From positions 76,260 through 140,259 of the forward strand of contig JAUIMG010000004.1 of assembly GCA_030433355.1 (NCBI GenBank): 64,000 nt of DNA, in the 5' to 3' direction. Position 1 is the first letter of the stretch, and every line of letters starts with the position of its first letter. The notes beneath the pieces were generated by a model, which was not told the origin of the DNA, did no database searches, and worked only from the letters and a program-made list of their open reading frames with translations. Of this stretch, positions 56,225-64,000 are shown piece after piece. Source of the stretch: Bacteroidia bacterium. Lineage in GTDB: Bacteria; Bacteroidota; Bacteroidia; Flavobacteriales_E; Vicingaceae. The position numbers and the translations under genes are program-made.

Positions 56225-56779
56225 TTAAGGATGCGTAAACCCTACTAATCGGATGCGTTTTGCATCCACAAATTGAAAAGTCCCTCTTTTGCCTTGCTTG
56301 CTTTCTAAGATTTGCTCCATCTGACTTTCTAAGTGCCTTGGAATAATTAATTCCACTTTGTTAAAATAGCTGTAAGTACTATCGTTGATCTGCCTTAAGG
56401 TATTGTTGTCTTCTTCTTCCATACTTTCTTCTATAAAGTAGTAGCGCAAAGGATCTATAAACAAAGGGAAGGCGGTAGAATCGGGCATTTTGTTTTTAGA
56501 AACCATGCTTTGGAAGGCAAATTCATATGCTGTCCCATCACTATATTTTTCTTCCAATTGTATTTCTATCACCCTAAGTTGGTAGCTATAACCCCACTCA
56601 AAATTGAAGTTTTCTAAGAATTCTATGGGAGAGTCGGGAGAGCTGAGAGTTAGGCGTTTAAAATGCTCGTAGTTTTGAAAAGAGAGATAAGGGTCTATGG
56701 TGATTGTCTTTTCGCTTAGGGTTTGTCCGAAGGCAGTTAGATAAGCAAGGTAGCATAGAAGTAAGAGGGAAATTTTCAT
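56225..56779 (-). CDS. Hypothetical secreted protein
   Basis: Signal peptide. No confident domain. Confidence 0.45.
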   Translation of the reverse strand: MKISLLLLCYLAYLTAFGQTLSEKTITIDPYLSFQNYEHFKRLTLSSPDSPIEFLENFNFEWGYSYQLRVIEIQLEEKYSDGTAYEFAFQSMVSKNKMPDSTAFPLFIDPLRYYFIEESMEEEDNNTLRQINDSTYSYFNKVELIIPRHLESQMEQILESKQGKRGTFQFVDAKRIRLVGFTHP

Positions 56780-56908
56780 GGCTTTTTATTCCTTTGCAAA
56801 ATACTAAAGCTATTCTACAAGACAATAGCGACTTTGTTTTCTAAACAATTCCCTTCATGAGGTGTCACAGAAAAGACGAAATTATCTTTACTTTAAGCCT
56901 TCAATTAA

Positions 56909-57598
56909 TTGTTCATGTCTCAAACTACCGTAATCTCTTTCTTTCAATACCAAGGCATTAAAGATAAATGGCAGGCCCTTGGCAGAATGGGTAGGTCTCC
57001 ATTGCTAGGTAAAACCATAGATGGTTTAAGCTTTTGGAAGGGCTTTGGAAGTGGCAGTGGGAATGGCTTTTCTATTTTTCCAGATTTCTCCACCTTTGGT
57101 CTATTAACGGTATTTAATTCAGAAGAGGAGGCCAATAAATTCCTCAATTCTGAAGTTATGCAAGCATACACAGCTAGTTGCACGAAATACAGCCATGTGC
57201 TAATGCACGCTATCAAAGCGAATGGTAGGTGGAGTGGTGTAGAGCCTTTCTTGCCTGATGCAGCATATGCTGAAAAGAATCCAATTGCCGTAATCACCAG
57301 AGCAACCATCAAACCCCAATTGGCATTTAAATTTTGGAGAAATGTTCCTAGTGTTTCTAAATCTATGGATGGGCATAAAGACCTTGTTTTTTCTAAAGGA
57401 ATAGGGGAGTGGCCCATCTTGATGCAAGCCACTTTTTCGCTATGGAAATCTGGAGATGCCATGCAAGGCTATGCCTACAAAAATAAAAAGCATGCAGATA
57501 TGGTGAAAAAAACGAGAGAGCTAGATTGGTATGCCGAGGAATTGTTTGCTCGTTTTTATCCATTTGAGTTTAGAGGCAATTTAATCCAGGCCGTTTAA
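56909..57598 (+). CDS. CrtA-like (spheroidene monooxygenase family) protein, tentative
   Basis: LSFWKGFGSGSGNGFSIFPDFSTFGLL and the C-terminal YAEELFARF resemble the small 'spheroidene monooxygenase' family annotated in flavobacteria, from memory. Confidence 0.35.
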   Translation: MFMSQTTVISFFQYQGIKDKWQALGRMGRSPLLGKTIDGLSFWKGFGSGSGNGFSIFPDFSTFGLLTVFNSEEEANKFLNSEVMQAYTASCTKYSHVLMHAIKANGRWSGVEPFLPDAAYAEKNPIAVITRATIKPQLAFKFWRNVPSVSKSMDGHKDLVFSKGIGEWPILMQATFSLWKSGDAMQGYAYKNKKHADMVKKTRELDWYAEELFARFYPFEFRGNLIQAV

Positions 57599-57621
57599 GG
57601 CTGCTTCCTTGCTATTTTGAG

Positions 57622-58923
57622 CTAGAAGCTTTGTAAATTATTGGCAATGCGTTCTGTCAAATCGCTCCTAACGCCTGCCTGCTTTGCATAATCTCTCCAA
57701 GAAAGGATTACCTCATTAAGCTGTTCAATAATTTTTTCGCCTTTTTTAAGGTTGTTCTCTTCCGCTATTTTCATCAAATCCTTCTTTGTAATCTGCAAAC
57801 GCTTGCCGTTTACACTCAATGTTTGTTGGTTTACCCAAAAGTTGTTGGGATCGAAAGAAAAGCATAGATCATAAGCAGGTGCCAATTGCCAAGGACCATC
57901 TTTTTTCATCAAGAAAGAGAAGTTTTTGGTGTGGTCATCAAAGTTGGTAGCCAAAACATTAAATACCATGCGGACAAACATCTGTTCTGCCTCTGGATAG
58001 CTCAAGCGTAGTAATCGCATAGTTTGAAAGAGCTGTTCATAGCTATAAGTTCCCATATCGTTAAAATCGTAATGCTGCAAACCACAAAGCGTTTGCAGGT
58101 GATGTTTCTCATTGCCTTCTCTATCGAATCGTTTGGTCATGAAATGAGCTCTTCCATTTTCTTCCAGTAATCTAGATTCACTCATATCTATGCCACAGTC
58201 TTTTGCCATCAAATAGTAGGCATATTCTACACGGCCCCAACCACTACTTTCTCCAAATTGCTCTCCACTTACCCCATCTAGTTTCAGTAACCAATGGGCA
58301 AAGCCTTTGGGTATTTTTCCCTGTCCAGATCTGATTTCGTTATTCTCAGTATTATAGGCAATAACCGCTTTTGGTCTTGCTCCACCTGCAGAGGTTCCTA
58401 TTTTTAAAACATCTAGCATCGCATTTTTCTTCTCTTTATTTACGCCGGTGCTAAAAGCCTCTCTTTTTTCTAGCATTTCTTTGGCAACCTCTACCAAGCT
58501 ATCTACTTCTAAAGCATAGCTATTCGTTCCATCTTTTATTTGTGTTGGCTCAAATTCTAAGGCTCCCATAGCTCTTTTGCCCATAAAGCAAAGTTGCTCC
58601 ACGGGGTTCATGCTATTTTCTGCTCTTCCTTGTCTAACAAGCCAGCTGTTTAAAAGCTTGTTCCCATATTTATCTGGCAAGGCATCTGCCAATAAACCGG
58701 GAAGTCCTTTGAAAGTATCCTCATGTTGACCTCTTCCTTTTCGTAGTTCAGGAAAATGATAGATGCGATTACCATTGCGAATGGGCATTTTAATAGGAGA
58801 GAGGTCCCAGCCTTTTTCTAAGAATTTACTATCGTATTGGAAGTAAGCCAACTGCTGTTGATGGTCCCATCTTACTGCACCAGCAAGTATTCCCCATATT
58901 TTAACTTCCGCTACGTCTACCAT
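57622..58923 (-). CDS. hipA: Type II toxin HipA (Ser/Thr kinase)
   Basis: HipA N-terminal and C-terminal domains, with catalytic motifs NFDDHTKNFSF and LAPAYDL. Confidence 0.85.
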   Translation of the reverse strand: MVDVAEVKIWGILAGAVRWDHQQQLAYFQYDSKFLEKGWDLSPIKMPIRNGNRIYHFPELRKGRGQHEDTFKGLPGLLADALPDKYGNKLLNSWLVRQGRAENSMNPVEQLCFMGKRAMGALEFEPTQIKDGTNSYALEVDSLVEVAKEMLEKREAFSTGVNKEKKNAMLDVLKIGTSAGGARPKAVIAYNTENNEIRSGQGKIPKGFAHWLLKLDGVSGEQFGESSGWGRVEYAYYLMAKDCGIDMSESRLLEENGRAHFMTKRFDREGNEKHHLQTLCGLQHYDFNDMGTYSYEQLFQTMRLLRLSYPEAEQMFVRMVFNVLATNFDDHTKNFSFLMKKDGPWQLAPAYDLCFSFDPNNFWVNQQTLSVNGKRLQITKKDLMKIAEENNLKKGEKIIEQLNEVILSWRDYAKQAGVRSDLTERIANNLQSF

Positions 58924-59270
58924 CCTAGATCCGGTTTATCTTCCTCTTTATTTTTTCGCTTGTAGGCATTTTTTCTTTCCTTTTCTTTTAGCTTGGCATA
59001 TTGTATAGGGCTAATTTCTTGTTCTACCTTAAAAGCATTCATCACTTCTAATAAGTCAAGAGTTCTTAGCACCTGGATAAGGCTATCTAATCTAACCTTT
59101 TCTCCTCTTTCTAATAAACTAAGGGTAGATCTACTAATACCTGCCGCCTTGGCAACTTCACTTTGAGATTGGTTGCGTTTTAGCCTATTGCTTTGGATAA
59201 AATTGCCAATGGTAGCAAGAAGAGCTTTATCGCTCATGGCATTCCAATTATGGTATGAAATGTCATTCAT
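58917..59270 (-). CDS. XRE-family HTH antitoxin (HipB-like)
   Basis: HTH QSEVAKAAGISRSTLSLLERG. 7-nt overlap with hipA. Confidence 0.75.
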   Translation of the reverse strand: MNDISYHNWNAMSDKALLATIGNFIQSNRLKRNQSQSEVAKAAGISRSTLSLLERGEKVRLDSLIQVLRTLDLLEVMNAFKVEQEISPIQYAKLKEKERKNAYKRKNKEEDKPDLGW

Positions 59271-59419
59271 ATTGGGTGTATTTAAATTGTTTTGACTGCT
59301 TTCTCCTACAAAAATAGGAATTTTCTTTCTAGATAATTGAAAAAGTAGTTTATCTCATGCAAATTAAGCAAAAATAGCTTAAATTGAATGAAAAGTCATT
59401 CAAAATATATCTTAGGGAT

Positions 59420-60031
59420 TTAAGGTAGAAGTATGGGTCCGAGCCAATACATCCAGAAGAAATAGCCAAAGCCACCACCGATAAAACCACTCAGCAGAAA
59501 GCTTTTTCTGTAAGGCCTTGGCAGTATTCTAAAAATAACAAAAGAGGAAATGGCTAAGCCTAATAAGGCAAAGGTGATTGGCAAAAAACCTGCGGGCAAA
59601 TCAAGTATCTTCGAAATATACTGCTCATCACCACCAAAATAAGAGCCATCAGGAGAAATAAATTCACCAACAATAGATAGAAACAAATTTATAGGCATCC
59701 TCAGCCAAAAGAGAGAGCCAAATATAAACAGCCAATCTTCCCAATAGAATAATTCTTCATCTCTACGTAATAAAAAGAAAAAAGAGAAGCTACCTACTAA
59801 AATGGTAGAAATTGGGCCGCCCCAAGAAATAAGCAATTGGTGAAAGGAAGGGTCTCCAACAAAGGCAGAATCGTCATAGCTCACACTAGCATGATGCAAA
59901 ATAGTTTCGAAACCAAAGTATTTGGCCACCAAAATATGTCCATACTCATGGCTAAGTGTACCAATAGGAATGCTAATGATAAAGCCTAAAGAGAAGATTA
60001 GAAAAGGTTTTAAAGCAATTGGTGATTTCAT
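59420..60031 (-). CDS. Polytopic membrane protein with an HExxH motif (putative zincin-like/M50-like metallopeptidase)
   Basis: LSHEYGHILVAKYFG lies in or near the first TM segment. About 5-6 TM helices. Confidence 0.45.
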   Translation of the reverse strand: MKSPIALKPFLIFSLGFIISIPIGTLSHEYGHILVAKYFGFETILHHASVSYDDSAFVGDPSFHQLLISWGGPISTILVGSFSFFFLLRRDEELFYWEDWLFIFGSLFWLRMPINLFLSIVGEFISPDGSYFGGDEQYISKILDLPAGFLPITFALLGLAISSFVIFRILPRPYRKSFLLSGFIGGGFGYFFWMYWLGPILLP

Positions 60032-60180
60032 TGTTTGTAATTGTCTACAATATCTTTAAAAGTGTTGGCATATCCTACTTAGAACTTCTTAAGCTAGATA
60101 GATGTTTTATACTTTTAAGATCTCATATTCTAATAATCATGCATTTAGGTTTATGCGATTTAATCACTATATTTAATTGA

Positions 60181-61311
60181 GTGAAATACATCGATGTCAT
60201 AGAAGAGCTGTCTCAAAGCAAAAGTCTACATCAAGGAAATGTATTTACTTTTTCAAAAGAAGTGCTTAAAACGGCAGCTACTACTTTAGGATGTAAGCGC
60301 ACCAATGCTTGGTTGTTCAATGAAGACAAATCGGTTTTACGCTCTATTTGCTCTTACGATGCATCTACCAACCGCTTTAAAGAGGAAGAATCTCTAAAGA
60401 GAGAAGAACTTCCAAATTATTTCAATTTTCTAACCAAGAATAAAATCATTGTTTCGGAAGATGCCCTTTCGGAGAGGATGAATACCGAACTCATAGATAC
60501 GTATCTACTTCCCAATCAAATAAAGTCGATGATAGACGTTCCGCTGCGTTCAGAAGGGGAAATGGTAGGGGTGATTTGCTTTGAAGCAGTGCAAGAGATT
60601 TACGAATGGTCTAGTGCAGATAAAAAGTTTACGCAGTCCCTAGCACAGTTATTATCTCTAGCGATAGAAACCAATAATAAAAATGCCTTAAGAGAAGAAC
60701 TGGAAAAAGCGGTGAAGCAAAAAGAGGTACTTCTTTATGAGATTAACCATCGGGTGAAGAACAATATGGCAGTAATCATTGGTTTGATCAATCTACAAAA
60801 GCATAAGTCTAAAGATGATTTTCATATCAACCTCTTGCAAGAATTAAAAGAGAAAATTCACTCCATGGCTGTGGTGCAGAACCATTTGCACAACAATAAA
60901 AGTTTGGTGAAAGTGGAGCTTTCTATGTACTTGCAAGAATTAATCAATAACCTACATCGCTCTTATGGACATGGCAAGGAAATTACGCTTAGCATGAATT
61001 TGAATAGAGCGGTTATAGATATTTCCAAAGGTATTCCTATAGGTTTAATAGCCAATGAAGTGCTTACTAATTCTTTTAAGTACGCCTTTGAAGAAGATGA
61101 GGTTGGCAATAGGCTTGCAGTAAACTTGTTCCGACGGAATAGAGAAATTGTGATTCAGTTTGAAGACAATGGAGTTGGCTTTGACCCGGAGCAAAAACAA
61201 GAGGGGATGGGCTTAGAGCTTATTCGAGATTTAAGCAAGCAAATTGATGGTACTTTCGAAATTCAAGTTAATGGTGGAGTTACCATTACCATTACATTTC
61301 CGATTGAATAG
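60181..61311 (+). CDS. GAF-domain sensor histidine kinase (HisKA_2 type)
   Basis: GAF-like N-terminus, H-box EINHRVKNNMAVIIGL, and ATPase G-box GMGLELI. GTG start. No response regulator is adjacent. Confidence 0.75.
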   Translation: MKYIDVIEELSQSKSLHQGNVFTFSKEVLKTAATTLGCKRTNAWLFNEDKSVLRSICSYDASTNRFKEEESLKREELPNYFNFLTKNKIIVSEDALSERMNTELIDTYLLPNQIKSMIDVPLRSEGEMVGVICFEAVQEIYEWSSADKKFTQSLAQLLSLAIETNNKNALREELEKAVKQKEVLLYEINHRVKNNMAVIIGLINLQKHKSKDDFHINLLQELKEKIHSMAVVQNHLHNNKSLVKVELSMYLQELINNLHRSYGHGKEITLSMNLNRAVIDISKGIPIGLIANEVLTNSFKYAFEEDEVGNRLAVNLFRRNREIVIQFEDNGVGFDPEQKQEGMGLELIRDLSKQIDGTFEIQVNGGVTITITFPIE

Positions 61312-62119
61312 CTAGTAACTCCTTCTCAATATCTACCAAGTAGATTTTATCTATTGTTTCTGTGTACGTATCTCTTCTTACTCTTTCATTTAAGTAGTAT
61401 TCTTTTGCTTTTTGTATCGCCTTGGCGTATTCCTTCATATGATTCATCTCTTTCTGTGCTAAAGCCAGATAATAATAAGTTTCTCCCATATAATCATTCA
61501 TTGCAATTTGTCTATTCAAATAGTCTATGGCTAAGGCATAGTTACCAGCTTCGTATTCTAAAACTCCCCAATGGTAGTAGTCAAATATAGTAGCTCCATA
61601 GCCCGAATCTATAATGTGCTCTTGAAAGAGCGCTCTTGCTTTTTCTACCTCTCCAATTTCTTTGTAGCAAAGTGCTAAAGCAATGTTGAGGTGATAATCT
61701 CCTGTTTGGCAAAAGCCAATATCGTAGTTTACCATGCTTTTTAACTCTTCGATATCGGCAATGGCGCCTTCATAATCTCTCAGAAATTGCAATCTACACC
61801 AACCTCTATAGCCTAGATATGCCGTAGGTTCTAATTCAACAGCTTTATCAATGAGTTTTTTCCATGCGATAAACTGTCCGCGCTTTAAAAAGGGCACTCC
61901 TTTTTCCATATACGAATAGGCAAAGCTTTCACACAATGCTATCGATTTATCGAAGTGTACTTGAGAGGTATAAGAACCTTGTCTGTATCGGATGGCGAGC
62001 ATGGCTTCTTCACAGGCTTCAAAACACTTTTTATCTCCTCTGTATACTTCGCAATTAGGTGGAGCAAAGAGTAGGATAGTACAAGCAAGCAGAAGAATAG
62101 TTATGCCTAATTTTTTCAT
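61292..62119 (-). CDS. TPR-repeat secreted protein/lipoprotein
   Basis: Signal peptide (LLACTILLFA) and TPR-like repeats. Confidence 0.55.
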   Translation of the reverse strand: MKKLGITILLLACTILLFAPPNCEVYRGDKKCFEACEEAMLAIRYRQGSYTSQVHFDKSIALCESFAYSYMEKGVPFLKRGQFIAWKKLIDKAVELEPTAYLGYRGWCRLQFLRDYEGAIADIEELKSMVNYDIGFCQTGDYHLNIALALCYKEIGEVEKARALFQEHIIDSGYGATIFDYYHWGVLEYEAGNYALAIDYLNRQIAMNDYMGETYYYLALAQKEMNHMKEYAKAIQKAKEYYLNERVRRDTYTETIDKIYLVDIEKELLAIQSEM

Positions 62120-62625
62120 GGTAGTATTTGAATGATTTGACCATCCCTTATTTTAAAGGTGAGGTATTGATAATAGTCTAAATCCTTTTCCTCCTTTTTT
62201 CTAGGAATCCATCCATCCAGGCTTTTGGTAATTTCCAACAGTTTTTCGGAGATTTTGCTGTCGAACTGAAAGGCCTTGTAGTCTCTATCCATTTCCTCTA
62301 TCCTAAATCTACCTGTTTCTCCATGGCAGTTTACCAAAAAGCGGATGGTTAGGTATCCGCTTTGGCCTGCTGTTTTAGGGTAGCTATAATTTTCTTCAAA
62401 AACCTTTTCTAAAGCTGGTTTTTCTCCTTGGTAGCCTGGCGCTTTGTCAGCAGAGTAGCGAACATAATATTGATAAACTTTCTTTTCATTGCAGACTTTA
62501 AAATCTTCACGGTCAAGCTTGGGATCAAAAAGAATATCTCCAACATCCATTGGAATAGTATCTGTAGAACAGGCTAAAAAGTAAATAGAAATAGCTACAA
62601 AAAGAAGACCCCTTTTTATCATCAT
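62116..62625 (-). CDS. Hypothetical lipoprotein
   Basis: Lipobox YFLACS. 4-nt overlap with the downstream TPR gene. Confidence 0.45.
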   Translation of the reverse strand: MMIKRGLLFVAISIYFLACSTDTIPMDVGDILFDPKLDREDFKVCNEKKVYQYYVRYSADKAPGYQGEKPALEKVFEENYSYPKTAGQSGYLTIRFLVNCHGETGRFRIEEMDRDYKAFQFDSKISEKLLEITKSLDGWIPRKKEEKDLDYYQYLTFKIRDGQIIQILP

Positions 62626-62801
62626 TAGAGCGAATGTAAGGATACTTTTATCTTGTTAATTGCTTAAGGGTTAATAATTTACATTTATTAACTTTTGCCC
62701 TTATTTCAAATTTGTAAAGAAAAAATCCAAAAGAAAACCACCTCCCTAGCGTGCTGCCATGAAAGTGGTTTTGTGGAATAGTGGTTATTCTTAAATCACT
62801 A

Positions 62802-62851
62802 ATCTAAACTACGTTGTTCTATATAAATCTAAACTATGTTGTTCTATATAA
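62802..62851. repeat. Tandem 25-bp direct duplication ATCTAAACTAYGTTGTTCTATATAA x2
   Basis: Two adjacent copies that differ at one position (C/T). Confidence 0.85.
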
Positions 62852-62919
62852 ACATTCAACTTTCCTATAGACGGAAGTAGATAAAAAAGAGTTGCTTGAA
62901 GAAAAAAGAAAAATCAATT

Positions 62920-64000
62920 CTAGAATATCAATTGCAATAGTAACTCTCCACGTATTGTATTGATAGTTTCCAATCCGGAATTATCATTTATAGAGGAAAC
63001 AGCGGTTTGTAGCTTCAAGTCATTGTTTTTGAAGTATTTGGAAAGTCCTACTCTAATAGCATCTACATCTCTCAATTGAGAGTTCGGATTCTCATCAAAT
63101 TCAGGAGTAGTGGTAGAGTAGCTAAAGTCTGCTGCATAGCCACTTTTTGTTACATAGCCCAATTGTACATTTAAGGCAGTTCCCAAGGAAAGGTATTCGC
63201 TAATTTCTGTTACTTCCAATTCATTAGCTCCGGCAACATCGGTAAACGTTCCATCTAAATTGGTTGCCGTTGCTATGCCATATTCACCCAATAAAGAAAA
63301 GCCCTTGTATTTGAATAAAATGTCGGTATATAATTGCCTGTAATCAGGCAATTGATCTTCTCCATTAGCATTATATAATTGAAAGTCACCATGTCCTTCT
63401 CCAACGGTATTGCTAGCACCATCATTAAAAGAAGCAGCTGTCCCTATTAATACCTTTACTTTTTCTTCATGCATTAAATCTGCAATAAGGTTCTCATTTC
63501 CTTCAGAGAATTGTCCCAAAGGATAGAGGTCTAAACGTGCTGCATATTTAAACCCACCTAAATCTACATCTCTAGAATCTGTTCCAAAGGAATTTTTTCC
63601 ATCTCCAGAAGTAACTGCAATTTGTGGAACTATGGCAATACTTTTCACTTTTATGGTATAATCTAAATACAAGCCAAACTCACGACCACTATTACTTAAG
63701 GAAGTACTAAGCAAACTTCTATCTGGATACTGCAAGAAGGTCTCCATGATTAGCATTTCTCGGTTATTAGCAATAGTCTGTTTTTGTCCAAAGGTTATAT
63801 TGAAATTTTCTGTTGGGTGAAAGGCTACCCAAGCATCTAAAAGAGGATTTGATTGGCTAAAATCTGTTTGCAATAAAAAACTAACTTTTTCTTTCACTGC
63901 TCTTCCGGAGATGTTGAAATAACTTCTTTTGGCATTTAAAAAATAATCGGCTTCAGCTCCTTCTAAATCCGTCTTTTCCAATGCAATATGGGGTTGAATC
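62920..64000 (-). CDS. Phosphate-selective porin O/P family protein, N-terminus off the window
   Basis: Beta-barrel-like alternation ending in LLLQLIF. The reading frame stays open from 63981 to the window edge. Confidence 0.6.
   Translation of the reverse strand, partial: IQPHIALEKTDLEGAEADYFLNAKRSYFNISGRAVKEKVSFLLQTDFSQSNPLLDAWVAFHPTENFNITFGQKQTIANNREMLIMETFLQYPDRSLLSTSLSNSGREFGLYLDYTIKVKSIAIVPQIAVTSGDGKNSFGTDSRDVDLGGFKYAARLDLYPLGQFSEGNENLIADLMHEEKVKVLIGTAASFNDGASNTVGEGHGDFQLYNANGEDQLPDYRQLYTDILFKYKGFSLLGEYGIATATNLDGTFTDVAGANELEVTEISEYLSLGTALNVQLGYVTKSGYAADFSYSTTTPEFDENPNSQLRDVDAIRVGLSKYFKNNDLKLQTAVSSINDNSGLETINTIRGELLLQLIF

Noticed and set aside
10663-62851. CRISPR array search. The candidates were the batC codon repeat, the REP-like element at 47288-47415 and the 25-bp tandem at 62802-62851.
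   Set aside because: None shows regularly spaced repeats of 24-48 bp separated by unique spacers, and no cas genes are present.

Overview
This window looks like a low-GC chromosomal segment from a Bacteroidota-type genome. Supporting signs are a T9SS C-terminal sorting domain, the Bat aerotolerance operon, a CarboxypepD_reg-type TonB receptor and a FISUMP protein. No rRNA, tRNA, CRISPR array, integrase or transposase was seen. Positions 1 to about 35 kb are mostly core genes: a MacAB-like ABC efflux set, ribBA, the complete moxR-DUF58-DUF4381-batABCDE operon, msrA, icd, a LysR/SbtA-like locus, a HYC_CC_PP/HMA/TonB-receptor cluster, dnaE, trxA, and a sulfide-detoxification pair (sqr plus persulfide dioxygenase-rhodanese). 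A decayed direct repeat of the 3' end of a DUF58 gene brackets that pair. From about 35.9 to 48.5 kb, entirely on the minus strand, lies what reads as a defence island. It holds a candidate tripartite HigB-like toxin / XRE antitoxin / SecB-like chaperone (TAC) module with a perfect palindromic operator, and a PD-(D/E)xK + DUF4268-like nuclease. Next come three small uncharacterised genes (wHTH, tail-anchored, and a 2-TM AbiC-like protein) placed directly behind a type I hsdR-hsdM-hsdS operon. A stand-alone patatin phospholipase and a NERD-domain protein complete the island. A 12-nt motif (GGAGAAAGTCAA on the + strand) recurs upstream of consecutive genes in this region. The last 15 kb carries small secreted proteins and lipoproteins, a BlaI/BlaR1(M56)-M23 pair, a frameshifted T9SS esterase, hipBA, a GAF histidine kinase and a partial porin. 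The strongest candidates for something new are the three-gene cassette nested in the R-M operon and the TAC-like module. All domain calls rest on motifs read by eye and need HMM or structure confirmation.
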